A stretch of 63,934 bases of DNA, filler included, from Rhizaria sp. SCN 62-66 (lineage: Eukaryota), in the NCBI GenBank assembly GCA_001724265.1. It is 3 parts of 3 records of this genome, joined end to end, with 100 filler letters (N's around TTAATTAATTAA, not from the genome) between each part and the next. Parts side by side here need not be neighbours in the genome. Positions count along the whole stretch, not along the records: positions 24,305 to 52,571 come from MEDY01000476.1; 2 more parts are not named here. The stretch is one strand, 5' to 3'. Made by a program: the position numbers and the translations under genes. Positions 24,305 to 38,318 of the stretch are shown piece after piece; position 1 is the stretch's first letter, and every line of letters starts with the position of its first letter. The notes under the pieces are model-generated. The model worked only from the letters and a program-made list of their open reading frames with translations. It made no database searches and was not told the origin of the DNA.

Positions 24305-27300
24305 CGTAATCACAACCATCAAATCACCACTCACGGAGTAGTTGTAGGTGCCCGTACAGGTGAATCCGAACTGCGTGGTTGTCGAAGTCGTCTTCGAACA
24401 AGTAAATCCCATCGCCCCTGAGCCCATGTTCTTGACAGAGATCGTACTGGCAGTTGTAAAAGTGAGTAACGATGCCGTGGTAAGTCCACAAGCAGAGCCG
24501 TCAATGTACACGATGAAATTCGTCTTTGTCGGCAGGAGGAGTCGCGGGGCGATCATGATGTTAAGACCATAAGATGCCAGAGTCGCAGTTGTTGTTGCAG
24601 ATGCAAGACCAGCTGCAAAGCTCGCGACCAGCGGCGGCGGCAGCGCGAGGGAATAGGGCCCGAAGATGCTATTGTGCGGCGTCGACGAGGAGTATGCAGT
24701 GGTGCCTGCGCTCGCCGCGAAGCAGCTTGCGCCGTAGCCAGACGCATAGGTCGACGCCCAGTCACTGCGCGAAATAGCCATGGCATTAGTAGCCGCAAAC
24801 TGGAAATAATCCCCAGTGCCTGATGTGAGCTTGAATGACGCATACGCCGCACTGAGCGCAGTAGTACCAATTGTGCCCGTAGCGCGCTCTGAGGCAGGTG
24901 TGACACTCGTGTCGACCATGAGCCCGGAGCAGGTGTAGTTGATATAGTACACAGTTGCAAGAGAGGCGAGTGTGGGGTGCAGTGGGGCGATCATAAACAC
25001 GGGTGTGAAGCGGATTGAGTCGTAGAAACTCACTGGGTTGCGTGCGGACACTTGGAAGCCAAAATACTGACCAGTGTACTCGGCCGCCGGGGCATAGTAC
25101 GCTGAGGTTGTGGGGAATGCAATGCCGGAAGCGCCGCTGTACGACAGAGAGACGTATCCCATAGTCGCCATGTCGTCCGTGTTTTCGATGGTGCCAGTCA
25201 GTCCGTCAATCTCGACCTTGTTGATCACATCCTTGTTCGTGAGTGTGCACGTCAAGACAGTCTCAGTGCTTGAACATTGCGAGCCCATTATCGTCGTCAC
25301 GCGAGTGAGCAGCTGGCCCGACGTGGAAGTCACCTTGCCACTCGTCTTGCTGAACGTGACCTTGAATTGCGCGGCCGGAAGCGTGAAGATAAAGAAGACG
25401 AACTGCAGCTTGTTGACAACGACAGAGTTAAGACCGAGAGTTGTCGTCATACCCCCGGGTTGGTTGGTCGTGCGGCTTACATACCGAATTGCATGAACAA
25501 CTTCAGTACCGACGTTGTAAAGAGGATCAGACGCGGGTTGGGCTGTTTCACCATCAATTGAAACCGTCAGCACTAGCGGAGTACGCGCCGGTAGGCAGCT
25601 GTGCAGCAATGTCATTGTCATCCCAGTAGGACAAGTCAGACTGAATACTACCCATTTGAAGATGGCGGTTGTAACCGAGCTTTTCAACTCGAACGTCGTT
25701 GCGGTATTGTTGTTGATACCCATTTGCGACGGAAGTGAAGGAGTCGTGGCGAAACCTGTGGACGCACCGGCCGTCGAGGTTTTGAGCGCGGCGCCGGACA
25801 TAGTGGAGCAAATACACCCGTCAGTGTCTTTAAACGTAATTTTACTGGAAGTTGTCACCGGATTCGATGGCAGAAAGTAGATGTCGTACGTGGGCGTGAA
25901 GGTCGACGACGCCGGCGTCTCGGAAAGCACGTTCGGCGTCATTGTGCTCAGGTGTATAGCGAGATAAGTCGGTGGACGCACAATACTGACGTAGGCCGAA
26001 GGATAGAGAGTAACCACGGAAACGCCACTCGTCGTGATGGAGACGCAGCTGTGCAGAAGCTGCAGCGTAGAAGGCATGCCGTCCGTGCGGAACGCGGGGG
26101 TGACGGCTGAAGCAACAAAGTGCGCGGACGCAAAGGACACGGAGACTGTGGTTGACGTTACGTACGAGGAGCCGGTGTAAAAGAAGAAGTTTGTGCAGGT
26201 GGATGTGATGGTGAACGTTCTCGTTGAGCCGGTGGAGAGAGCCACCAACATGATTGTCAGCGGCGAGAGGTGATAGTAGCGGGTAACGCGATTTGCGTAC
26301 GACGTATACGGCGACAGCGACGCAGTGAGCGTCGAGGGCGTCGATGAGGGAGCAAAGAAGTTGAATACAACATCTGAGCTGGACATAAATGCAGCAACTG
26401 CGACGCTAGATATGGCAGAGCCACCAGCGTTGACACCTCCAATCGTCATTTGCGATGAGAAGCACGATGCATCAATCGTCTGCGACGGCCAAGTCGACGC
26501 GCCCGTGTTCGCGGTGGTGATCACGATGCCCGTGAGAGTGGAAACGGTGCTTGTGCCCTTGCTGGTCGAGTCCGGCACGGAGAGGATAATAGATTCGGAG
26601 CCTGAACCGGTTTTGCTGAGCGAGCCAGACACGGTGGCGGAATTGATCGTGACGCCGCATGATGTTTTCGCGCTAATCGTTAAAACACGACCTGAGCCCG
26701 TCGCGCCAATAACTGCGGTCAGAGTGACAGTGAGGGTGCGCACGTTTGTGGACGCAGTGTAAGACGTCATGGCGGCAGCGGTGGTGACAAGCGAGAATGT
26801 CGTGGGCACGTTTGAATCGACGTACGGCCCGAGAAGCGAGCCGATAGAGCTCTTATTAACACCGCTAAGCTCAAGGCCAAAGTAGTCGTCGTTAAACCCA
26901 CCGGGGTTGGCCGTAGCTGCAGTGGTTGAGACGGAGATGCCAGCAGTGGCACTAAATGTGGCATAGTAGTAGTAGAACGAGGAGGAGACAGTGATAAGTT
27001 TCGTTGTTGAGGTGCCCGCCGCAACGGAGGACGCCGCGCCGTTTGTGGCCGAACCACTCCATGTTGCAGCCGTTTGAAGCACGGGCGGGGTTGAAATATA
27101 GAGCTTGTAAGTGCCATAAGCAGCGGGTGACAGCGGTAAAATGATGACCTTGATCGTGTCATAAAAGGTCGTGCCAGTCTGCGAGTAGCCACTGGAGGTC
27201 ACAAGGTATCCGAAAGCTTTGTCGTTCTGGTCGTACGAGATGCCCGTCGTTGATGAAGCCTCACCTGCAATGGAAGTCGTGATCGCAGTGGCGGGAGGAT

Positions 27301-30300
27301 TAATAGCAACCATACCATTGGGCTCGGAGACCTGACTGATGAAAAAATACGGAACACTGGCGTCGCCTCCACTGTCTGCGCGCGCTGTGGGGGCCGTGCA
27401 GGTCAGTTTAGTCTGCGAGGTGATGCTACAGCGAGAGGACATGGCCGATGACCCCTTCGAGAGTGTACCCGCACCGATCGTGTAATAAGACGCGTCAAAA
27501 GTTGTCTCGATGGTGTGGGTTGCAGTGGGCATCTTGACGTAGAAGATGTAGTAGTAGATGTGTACCGTTGACGGCGTGATACGCGGGTTGCTAACAGTGA
27601 TCGCAGACGCCAAAGAGCGGGAGATCAGTTTGATTGAAGCAAACCCCGCCGGGGTGTTGCCCATTGTCACTGGATCGGCTGCACTGAGGGTGAAGGCTGT
27701 ACCGTCAGAATAGAGGCCGCTAATTTTGATTTGGTTAATAGCACTACTGGCCATACACGAATCCATGGTGGAGACAGTATAACCGGCAGTACAGGTGAAT
27801 CCGAACACGTTCCAGATCGCGCCCGAGAGCGCAGCAGAACACGAGAACGTGATGGAGGTGCTGGTCTGGGTGGTGATGGGGCACGAGCGCGTGACAGAGG
27901 TTCCAGGTGCAGAAAGTGAAACGGCAACAGAGTTACCGCTCGGGCAGAGACAAGTCGAGGACGCGTGCGTCAGCGTGATGGCCGCGCCTGCGGTGACGCC
28001 CACCAGTGACGGGTTGAAGCCGAACTCGCGCGTGAGCGACATCGTCGTCGCAGTGGGCGCATTCAGAGTTACGACGGGCGCTGCGTTGGTAACGTGGTAG
28101 ACGAAGGCACCGGGCGTTGTTGACGCACCCCACTTCTCGCTCGGCAACGTCGCGACTTGTGTGGCGCCAGTGCTGGCCTCGGTGACTTGGAAGCACGAGA
28201 TCGGAATGGGACCGAGGAGGGAGCCGACTTTGGCGAACAAGCGCATGGCAGGCAATGAGGTGACGGCGGTGGAACCAAAGTTAACCGTAGCGGACGTCGC
28301 GTATGCTGTTTCAGAGCCAACCAGAAGCGTGTACTTGCCCGCACACGTGCCAGTGATGGTGATCGTAACACTGTTCGAACCGGGCAGCTTAGTACCAAGA
28401 CGCATGGCGTACAGGATGACCCACACATAGTACAAGCGGCCTGTGAAGCGGTTGTCGAAATCGGCACTTGAATAAGGGACAAAGGCGTACGATTGGCCCG
28501 GGCCAGCGCGCAAGAACTCGTAGTCAAAGGAAACGACATTAGTATACGAGTCAAGCGACAATAACGTTCCAGCCGCCGTCGATCCTGTGCCTTCAGTGAA
28601 TGAGTATGCAGTGGACGCCAAGGAATAGGCAATATTTGAGTCTGACGACAAAATGATAACGTTCGACACAATGCACACATACGCGGCACCCGCAGCATTC
28701 GAGGTTGTTGTTATCAGATTCAGCAACGTTGACGTTGAGGACTGGTATTGACAGCCACCCGAGACAGACGCAGAGTTGACATTAGAAAAGCTCATCGACG
28801 TGGTGCCTGCAAATGTGCTGATTTTCACGGTCCGTGACGTGCCCGACGTTGAGTGCGTGATGGTCATTGTCAGCGTGCCAATTCGCGAGTATCCACTGAC
28901 AGACAAGGCACGGACATTATTGTAGAGCGAAGTCACGGCGAATGTGTACGTTGTACCGCCGCCGCCGCCGCCACCACCGCCGCCACCACCGCAGAGCGTC
29001 TTGAACTTCTGTGCACGGGACTTGACCGATGCCACAGATGCAGATGCCTTGGCTCCATTGCCGCCGAGGCCGCTATCACCCTCGGACTTGACCGCTGCGG
29101 TTGTCATGTTGACCACGGTTTGCTCAGAGCACGCCATCTCTTCTTCCGCGTACGTCAGCGGCTTCATCGATACCACTTCTGCTTGTGCTTTGGCCTGCGC
29201 CCGCGCCCGCGCCTGTGCGCATGCCTGGGCCTTCGCGTCATTATCGGGCTAAACGGCGGTGGTCTTCATGTTGACCACAGTTTGCTCTGACTCTAACTGA
29301 CACTCTTCTATATATAGTGGGTACATCGCAATCATACGCGCCTCCGCCTGTGCCTGCGCAGACGACTGAGTCTTCATCCCCATTCCGCGCGCGCCGCGAG
29401 CAGCGATGCGCGAGTTTGCTAGCAGCGACGCAGCGGCCACGGTGACAGACACGTCGAAGCACGCGCCCACGTCGTCTTCGTCGCTGCCGTTGCCATCGGT
29501 GTCGTAGTGGCTGTGATCGCGGACGCCAGAGAGCGCGACTGCGAGCATAGTCGCAGCGGCAGCCAGGGGCACATCGCAGGTGAACGCAGCAGCAGCGCCA
29601 TAGTCAACCACGCGCGCCTCGCGGCACACAGGACGCAGGAACGGCGACGTACCGGCCTTGGTCGCTGCGTCGGCGACTGTCGTAAGCGCCAGCGCCGGTG
29701 TGAATTCAAACGCCTTGCAGTTGGGCAGACGCATGTTGCGCGCCAGCTGTACGTGCACAGCGCGCGTTGCGGCGCTGTCGTCGGCGCGCGCGTCGGCCGC
29801 AGCGTCGGTGGTGAGCGCCGCGGTGTACACTGTCAGACGCGCGGCACCGCGGTTGAGAGCGACAAAGCTGGACGTGGTATCAGTGTCGACCTTGTCGTCC
29901 TCAAACAGCGCAGGGAACTCCGTCAGCGCGACAGTCCCGTCGTCACTGGCAGAGTTGAAGAAAGTAAGCTTGTTGTTGAGCACGAGCGCGACCGCGTTCG
30001 CCGGCAGCACGGAGAGAGAGCCGTGACTGCCGCCCGCGCTGTGTGCTGCGGCCGCGGGGGTGGCAGTGACGGGGTCGAGCCGGAAAACCCACTCGCCTGC
30101 AGTGAGTCCCAGGCAGCGGAGATTAAGGCGGCGGTCACTCACGCGCTTGGTGAGGCAGCTGTCGAGGAAATCCTCGGCGTTGCCGGACACGAAGCCCATT
30201 TGCACGCCTCTTGAGCCCGCGCTCGAGCTCTCGCCAGTGCCGTTGTGAGCACGCAGCGTGAGGCCAGAGTCGGGGCCAAGCACGATCGCGAACTCCGTGT

Positions 30301-30940
30301 AGGCGCCCGCAGCGTAAGGCAGCGTGAAGGCGACGTCAAGTGCAACGTCAATGGCGGCGTCAAAGGGCGAACGGATGACGGGCACGAGCGAGGTGGCGGC
30401 CCGTGTCACCGTGAAAGCAGTGACAGGCGGTGGCAGTGACAGGGCCAGTGCCGCTGCGTCAGTCTCGTCGGCGCTTTCAGGAGCCGGAGCGGCGTCAGCG
30501 TCACCCACACGGAGACGGAAGCAGTCTGCGATGATTGACAGAGGCTCGATCGCGGTGCCGAAGGCCGTGAGGTTGACGTTGATGTTGGCCAGAGAGAACT
30601 GGGCGGAAGTGGCCGAGGAGCAGAGGAGGGAGCCTGGGACAGAGGAGTGACGGCAATGGCGTCCTTTCGGGATGACAGCCACAGCAGAAACGTCAAGCAA
30701 ATCTGCGTTGGGGCACGACCAGAAGGTCTGAATGGGGACATCCTCAGCATCTTCGATGGCAGTGACGTTTACATCAAGGGTGACCGAGGTGTGGCCAGCC
30801 TCGAGGTACGTGGTAGTTGTAGCCGGCACGATGCGGGCTGTGTAGTGAGCTGGGGCGACAAATGAAGCCGCGGATATGATGAACCAGATCGACACAATGA
30901 CCAAGAGATGCCTCATGGTCCGGGAAATGGGGAGGTACAT
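24305..30940 (-). CDS. Giant secreted/surface Ser/Thr-rich protein (>2200 aa, 3' truncated); one in-frame TAG
   Basis: Signal-peptide-like MRHLLVIVSIWFIISAASFVA. ORFs 29249-30940 and 24305-29176 are in the same frame, joined across TAG 29249-29251. Internal repeats with spaced Cys. Confidence 0.78.
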
Positions 30941-32437
30941 TGTGACGGAGCACGATGGTGTTGCAGATCCCGACGAGAGAGAGAGTTGGGCCCGAGGTGA
31001 TGCGGAAACAGTTTAAAAAACGACTGTAGCGGCGAGTTGTGCACGACAAAAAGCGGACAAAATTAACCAGTGATGAGGATTTCTGTTAGGGCTGCGTTAC
31101 ATTTACGTGATTAGCCTGTGGCGGCCACAAGAAAGGGTGTGTGGAGGGTCTCATAAGGAGACACCCTTCGAACCCCTTCTATTTGGAAAAAGTATAATTG
31201 AGGCGTATTCCTGGTGGTACAGTTTCTAAAAATTTATGCTAGCGTAGATGCGCCCTTGTCCTATGAAGAAACTTTTACTATAATACCATATGAGGCGTGC
31301 TATAGGCCAAGACAAAGTCGAATAAGTGGGCGACTGGACGGTTGGTCTCTTTGACTTGTCAGTGTACTCAGACGGGGTCGCAGTCTGGGACGGCGACGGC
31401 CCATTCGGCGACTTTGCTTCATTATGACATGGGGTTGGTCACAATTTGCTCTGAAAGCGCCCCGAAATGGCCCAAGCACAGCTACAAAGTCATATTTCGA
31501 AATATTACATACGTATATACGCCGTTTTTGGCAATGATTTCATTCCATTTATTCACGTATCAGACAAAAAGGCGTCTTTTCTAAGGAGGGTGAGGAGTGA
31601 CGAAGTCGAGAGAACTGTCCCGTCTCTCAATTGTATCGAGCCCGAAGCGTGGCTTAAAGGATGAGATGCGAAGTTTCAACAGTTTGCACGGCAATTCGCG
31701 TCTCTGAAGTACACGTGAAACCGTTTTCACGTTGAAAAAATTGAGATTTTGACACTGAAAAGGCCTGGTAAAAAATGACCGCACTATTCCCGAAAGACCG
31801 ACGCTTCCGGATGGCGCTCAAATCGCACTCTAAACGATGTCGTTTGATACTTTGGGCCGGTTTTGGGACGTTTCACGTATACACCTCATTGGCGAAGGCA
31901 TGATTATTTACCAATCTGTGCTAAAAGTGGGCACATTCGATCCTTTTTGCTCTCAGAGGGTGACCCCTCCTTCGCAACGAACTGCCTCTTGACTACGTCG
32001 CCAACCACAATAAGCCCCATTTTTGCATCATCAGGTGAGAATGGGGCCGACTCACCCCCCACCATTCAAAGGAAAAGCACGAGGAATTGGACCTATGGCA
32101 ATGTTTATTCATTTCGAGCCCTATTTCGATGCGAGTTCGAACCTACTTACGTCAACCACGAAAGCGTAACGGTTGTGAGGTGGATAGCAATTGCAGCACA
32201 AATTGACTGAAAACAGTTTGAGGTAAAGTTAAAATCAAAGTATTGGAATGAATCATGCGCGATATAATGTATGAATAAACAAATACCTCAAAGAGAGTCG
32301 ATCTGTACGAAGGAGGCTATTTGTTAGGGTATCAGACACGCTCTCATGACTGGCCGCAATAACAGACTCGTAAGGGCCAACTCGAACATCAGATCAGGAC
32401 GACAGGTGCATCATTGCCCTCTCGGCGTCTCATTCTC

Positions 32438-35343
32438 TCACACCACAACCCATTTGATGGCCTCACTCTTGAGGAACGCCTCGACACAGGGCGCAAACGG
32501 CACTCCGCTTACGGTCACGCGCTCCAGCTTGGCACGGTCGCCGAGCCCCAGCGCGAGCGCGCCCGCAGCGTCGGCCGCCAGCGCCGCCGCGGCCGCGAGG
32601 TTGACCGTCGCGGGCGACACGGGCACCGCCAAGGCGGCCGGGACCGCCGAGACCGACGCGCGCCGGCCTCCCCGCGCCGCCGCCGCCATGGTGCTCCCAG
32701 TCGCGCCTGCCGCTCCGGTTCCCGACTGATGCTGCTGCTGCTGCTGCGGAGCAGCGGCCGCGGCAGCCGCAGCGGCGGCCTCGGCGGCGGCCACGGCGGC
32801 GGGCGGCAGCGGCAGTGACGCTGGCGGAAACGGGACGAGGTTGGTCGCGAGCGACGAGAGCGCGTACGCCACTGCCGCGGGACTGCGCGCGCCGCGGGCG
32901 AAGGCGGCCACGAGTGCCGTGGCCGGAACAGAGGACGCCGCGTGCGCGTGCGGTGCAGACTGCAGCGCGGGCGCCAGCGCGCCGTTTTCCACCAGCGGGG
33001 ACACACCGCCAGGTGCGGCGGCGCTTCCCCCCAAACCACCACCAGCAGCGGCGGCGGCGGCGGAGGTGGAGGAGGAAGAGGCAGCGCTAGGGCCGACCGC
33101 GAAGAGCGAGCCCGCGCCGGCGCCGAGCACGCCGCCGGCGCCGATCCCGCCGGCACCGCCAGGGTAGCCGGGGCCGGCGGCCGCGGCGGGCGCGGGCGCG
33201 GCGGGCGGCGCCGGCGGCAGCCAGGCCGTAGCGGGCGCGCCGGGAGCCACGAGCGGCGGCGCCGGGGTCGGCAGCGCGGCGAGAAAGGCCATGCGGTCAC
33301 TCTCTGTGCTCACGCCCGCGGCGGCGAGCAGCGCGCCAACCAACGGCTGCTGCTGCTGAGGCTGCTGCTGCTGCTGCTGCTGCTGATGCGAGGCCGCTGC
33401 GCCAGTACCGAGATTGCAGCCGCCGGGGCTGTCGGCGGCGGGGCGCGATTGCAGGCGCGCGGCGTGGTGCGCGGCAACTTCTTCGGCGAATGACGAGTCC
33501 GTGCGCAGGACACCGCCGTCGTCGTCGTCGCTGTAGCCGTTGAGGCTGTGGTTTAATGCGGCCGCGGTCAGGGCCGCGTCCGCCAGCGCCAGCGCCGAGT
33601 CAACCGCACCGACATTACTGCTGCTGCTGCTCCTGCCCAAGTGTTGCGCAGTGGCCGCAGCAGGAGCGCCGTTGCCGCCAACGCCAGCGCCAGTGCCAGC
33701 GCCGGCGATGCGGGCAACGAGCGCCTCGGCCACGCTCGCGGCGCCGGCGGCTTCGAGCGCGCAGACAGCGGTGCTGACGCCGCCGCAGGGGTTCCCGGCA
33801 AGGTTGAGGTGCCGCAGAACCGCGTTGGGCTCGCGGAAGACCCGGCCGCCCTTGGCCGCGACGAGCGCGGCACCGTCGCGCTTGAGCGCCTTGGCCTGTT
33901 CCTTCCCGGCGACTTCGGCGGGGACGAATGCGGAAAGCAGCACGCGCGCGCCCGCGTCGCCCAGCGCGTTGTCGGCGAGCGAGAGCGCAAGCAGCGAGCG
34001 CTGTATGAGGAGCGCCTCGGCCAGCGCGGGTGCACAGCGCGATGTGAGCGCGTTGCGGTTCAACGAGAGTGAGAGAAGCGCCTTGGCGGCTGGGAGGCGG
34101 GCCGCCAGCGCGGCTGCGGCGGCGTCGGTCAGTCCGCACGCGCGCAGCGAGAGCACCTGCACGGGGGACGCCGCCGAGACGAGCGCGGAAAAGACAAGCG
34201 ACGGGTCGTTAAGCGCGGCGGCGGCGGCGGCGGCGGCGGCCACGGCGGCGGTGGTCCCGCTCGCGCCCGCGCCCGCGGCGTTGGCCGCCGCGGTGGAGGT
34301 GGCTGAGGCGAGGGAATACACGGCCCCGGACGCGCCGTCGCCGCCAGCCTCGGCGGCAGCGGCGGCAGCGGCGGCGGCTGCGGCGGCGGAGGACGAGTTG
34401 GATGCGGGCGCGGGCGCAGGGTCAGCGAAGGGGCGGGGCGGCAGCGTGTACGAGGTGTCCGAGGGCGCAAGCGCGTTGAACTCGACCGTCAGACGCTGCA
34501 CAAACGAGTCCTCGACGAGCGCGGCGAGCAGCAGCACGGAGCGCGCGGTGAGGCCGCAGTCGGTAAGCGTGATCTGCATGAGTGACTTGCACACCGTGGA
34601 GGTGACGTCGAGCGCTGCGAGAGTCGGGTGGTCGACGTGCCAATGCTGCACGAAGAGATGCGAGAGGGACAGCGCAGAGCGATCGCCGCCGCCGCCAACC
34701 ACGACCACGGGCGCGGCGGGCACGGCTGAGCCGACGGCGGCGACGGACGAGGACGACGACGCGTGTGAGGACGCTGCTGAGGAGGCGGATGACGGCGGCG
34801 CGGGGAGCGGCTCGCTACCCGCGGCGGCTGCGGCTGCGGCGGCTGCGGCTGCGGCTGCGCGGGCGGCGCGCTTGTTCCCGGGTCCCGCGGCGGCGGCAGC
34901 GGCAGCGGCTGCGGCGGCGGCGGCGGCCTCCTTCTCTTCGGTGTCGGCGTCGGCAGCGCCGGGGCGGCGAGTCGTCGAGGGAACGTGGGGCACGACCACT
35001 GGCTCGGTCACAATCGCCGGGTGCGGCGCAATAGAGAGAACGCGACAAGAACGGAGGTAGTCGACCAGGAAGTCGCCAGAGTACGCGGGCTCAGCTGTGG
35101 GAAGCAGGAAAGCGAAGTGAGTGAGGCATCAGGAGATGAGTGGTGCTGAAGGGGGAGTTCAGAGATTAAGTGCAGTCAGGTACAGACATCTTTCGGAAAT
35201 AAAGGACTAAATTTAAGGGAGAAATTACAATGCAATTGCTAGAAAAGAAACGTACCAGCGTCACGGCGCTCAATATCCTTCAGGGTGAGGCCGGAGAGCT
35301 TGGCGATGTTGGTCTCTGCGGACCACACAGAGGGCATCGACAT
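32438..35343 (-). CDS. RNI-type leucine-rich repeat protein (LRRC71-like N-terminus), one intron
   Basis: Exon 1 35256-35343, intron 35095-35255 (GTACGT...ACAG). LRRs VLSLRACGLTD, SLSLNRNALT, ALSLADNALGDAGA, HLNLAGNP. N-terminal YSGDFLVDYLRSC. Stop TGA. Confidence 0.82.
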
Positions 35344-35733
35344 TGTGCTTTGGAGACTCAGAGTTGTAGCCTAAGCAAACACGAATTAACGGAAGCGCAA
35401 TTCAATACAGGTACTGTCGTGGTGCGGAACAGCTTGAGTGCTGACGGAAAGACAGGGGATGAACAGGAGAGCTTTTTGAGATGGGATCACGTAACGGTCA
35501 CTGGGACTTGGCAGTCGCGCTGGAGTGTGGTGACGAGATGAGTCGTTCCGAAGTCCCTGCAAATGTCACTATGATCGTTATTTTGCTTCAGTTTTCCAAT
35601 GGTGTGATTTTAAACAACCAATGTTGTTTTATTCTTACATTATTCTGGCTAACACTGAGACTGCGATCCTCATTTCACATTCTCTAATTGTCGCTTCATC
35701 ACTTGTCGGACCTAGGGGTAGACCCAGTTCGCC

Positions 35734-38029
35734 ATGATGCTCGGGCGCCTCCGTGCTCTGCACCGGCTTCCTTCCCCGCTGACCAGCAGCTTTGCGTTGG
35801 GGACTTCCGTGCTTGCGCCTACATTTGGCGCTGCCCCGAACCGTCCCGCGCTCGCCGCACGTTCCGAGGCGCGCTTTTCATCCTCCTCTGCGTTCCCTCA
35901 TGACTCGTGCCCGATCCCGCCTGCCCACCTCTTCAACCCGCCGCCTTCGCCGGACCCGCTCGTGCCCAGTCTGTCTTCGGAGGATTTCTTCCGCAATGTC
36001 TCTCTCTTCGCGTCGGGCAGCGAGTTATCGAGCTCGCTGTACGCGGAGAAGTCGCGCGTGTCCTTCTCGCCCTCGTCAGTCTTCGCGAACTGCGACTTGT
36101 CACTGGAGCACATCGACGCTTGGGGCTGGGACTACGACTTCACGCTCGTCAACTACACCAACGAGCTCGCCGCGTTTGTCTACCACCGCGTGATCGCCAT
36201 CCTCGCCCACGAGCACAAGTACCCTATCCAGCCGCTGCTGTCGTACGAGTACGACCCCACGTACGCCATCAAGGGCATCCGCTTCGACAAGAAGACCGGA
36301 CTCTTCTTCAAGCTCGACCAGTTCTCCAAGCTCCAGAAAGACTGCGTGTACCGCGGCAAGCAGCGCCTGCCTGTCAGCGAAGTCATCGAGGTCTACTCCG
36401 GCACCGTTGTCTCTCAAGAGGTGCTCGATCGCAGCTACACATTCGCGGACCTCTTCGCACCGCCAGAGGCGTGTGTGCTGGCCGACGTCACTGACTGCCT
36501 CCGCGCAGCCCAGGTCGACTTTGACCCGTTGTTTGTGCAGCGCGACGTCCGTGAGGCCGTCGAGCGCCTCCACAAGTCGCGCGAGGTTCGTTTACTTAAC
36601 ACATCGCTCGTGGTTTATATAACAGTATCAAACTTTTTTGTCATTGACATCCAATGCGCTTTTTTCTGAACGGTAGACGCCATGTTTTGAATTTTTAATG
36701 AACTTTTTTTTTTCCAAATTTTTGGTTTTTATTAACAAAATTCTCTTAATGTCATTATATCTTTCTATATTGTTTGTCTTTGGGTTAACACAGGTGCACC
36801 GCGAGGTGATGCGCTGCCCGTCGCTGTACATCGAGCCCAACCCGCGTCTGCTGCCGTTCTTGCGCCGCATCCGCGACGCCGGCAAGCGCACTTTCCTGCT
36901 CTCCAACTCTCCGTTTGACTTTATCGACATGGGCATGGCATATCTCCTCGGTACGCCCACCGCCGGCGGCGCTTGGCCGCGGCCGCGCTTCGCACCCTCA
37001 CAACCACAGGCATCGTCGTCGTCGTCGTCGTCGTCATCGTCGGATTCCGCGGGTCTGCAGTCGTGGCGCGACCTGTTTGACTTGGTCATGGTCTCGGCAC
37101 GCAAACCCGACTTCTACAGCTCCAACGAGCGCTTCCGCGAAGTCCAGCCTGAGTCGGGACTCGTCTCGCTCGCGCCCGCGCGCAAGCTCGAGCGCGGCCG
37201 CGTCTACGCCGGCGGGAGCTTCGCCGAGCTGTCCAAGCTCACGGGGCTCTCGGGGCAGCGCGTGCTCTACCTGGGCGACCACATGCGGAATGACTTGGCG
37301 CCTGTGGCTCAGAGCGCGCGCTGGCGCAAGGGCGCGATCGTCCGTGAAGTCGGCGAAGAGCTGCGCGTGATGCAGACCCCGCGCGTGCAGGGCCTGCTCT
37401 CGGCGCTGGCCAAGCTCGAGGCGCTCGTTGCCGCGGGCCAGTCGATCGCGGCCGACGACGTAAGTCTGCAGACGCGCCGGCTCAAGGAGATGCGTGGTAT
37501 GGTGCGGCGCGCGGTGCGCGAGTCGTTCAACAGCAACTTCGGCAGCGTGTTCCGCACAAACACCGAGAAATCGCACTTTTTCGCCGATGTGACGCGTTTC
37601 GCAGATATCTACTCCGCGGATGTGACCAATTTCCTGCACTATCCGGTCAACTACACCTTTTACGCGTCGCGCGGCGTCTACCCTCACGAGGCCCCACTGG
37701 TGCGCTCAGTGTCTCCCCCCGAGCACGAGCACGGCAGCGGCGACGCGCAGCACACTGCCGCTGACAGAGTCCCACAGCAGCAGCAGAGAGAGGAGGCGCA
37801 GCAGAGCGCGAGAGCGGCCGCGGTGGTCAAGAGCGCGGCTGCAGTGGCGATGGACGAGCTGGGACACACTCTGCAGGCGCTCATCGCGATGCCTTCCCCT
37901 CGCTCACACGCACACTCGCACGCGCATTTGCAGACTCACGCTGCGGCGGCGCAGCAGCAGCAGAGAGGGACGTCTGCGACTGCAGCGGCTGCGGAGGAGC
38001 AGCCGAAGCAAACAGCATATGCGACTTGA
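35734..38029 (+). CDS. HAD-superfamily cN-II/NT5DC-type 5'-nucleotidase with probable mitochondrial presequence
   Basis: GWDYDFTLVNY (motif I), FLLSNSPF, ARKPDFY, VLYLGDH, FGSVFRT. Intron 36586-36793. Stop TGA. Confidence 0.92.
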
Positions 38030-38318
38030 ATTCGATTATAGTGAGTATTTAAGGATTAATATTGACTCATCAGTGGATTTAATGATTTATGAGTCAACAT
38101 AACGATACATAGCTTCATATTTTTATGAAAATGTACTTGATATGGTGCATCTGTATCTCTTTTCAAGTCGTTTGTTGCTCTGGCCCGCACGCTCGTGAAC
38201 AGCTTGATCCCCGTTTGTGGTCGATGGGGCGGACCCGACCGAAATGCAGTGGGGGTGGGTGATGAGGGATGCTTCGCGGGAGCAATTCGTGCTGTTTTGT
38301 GACAGAACACCGCGTATA

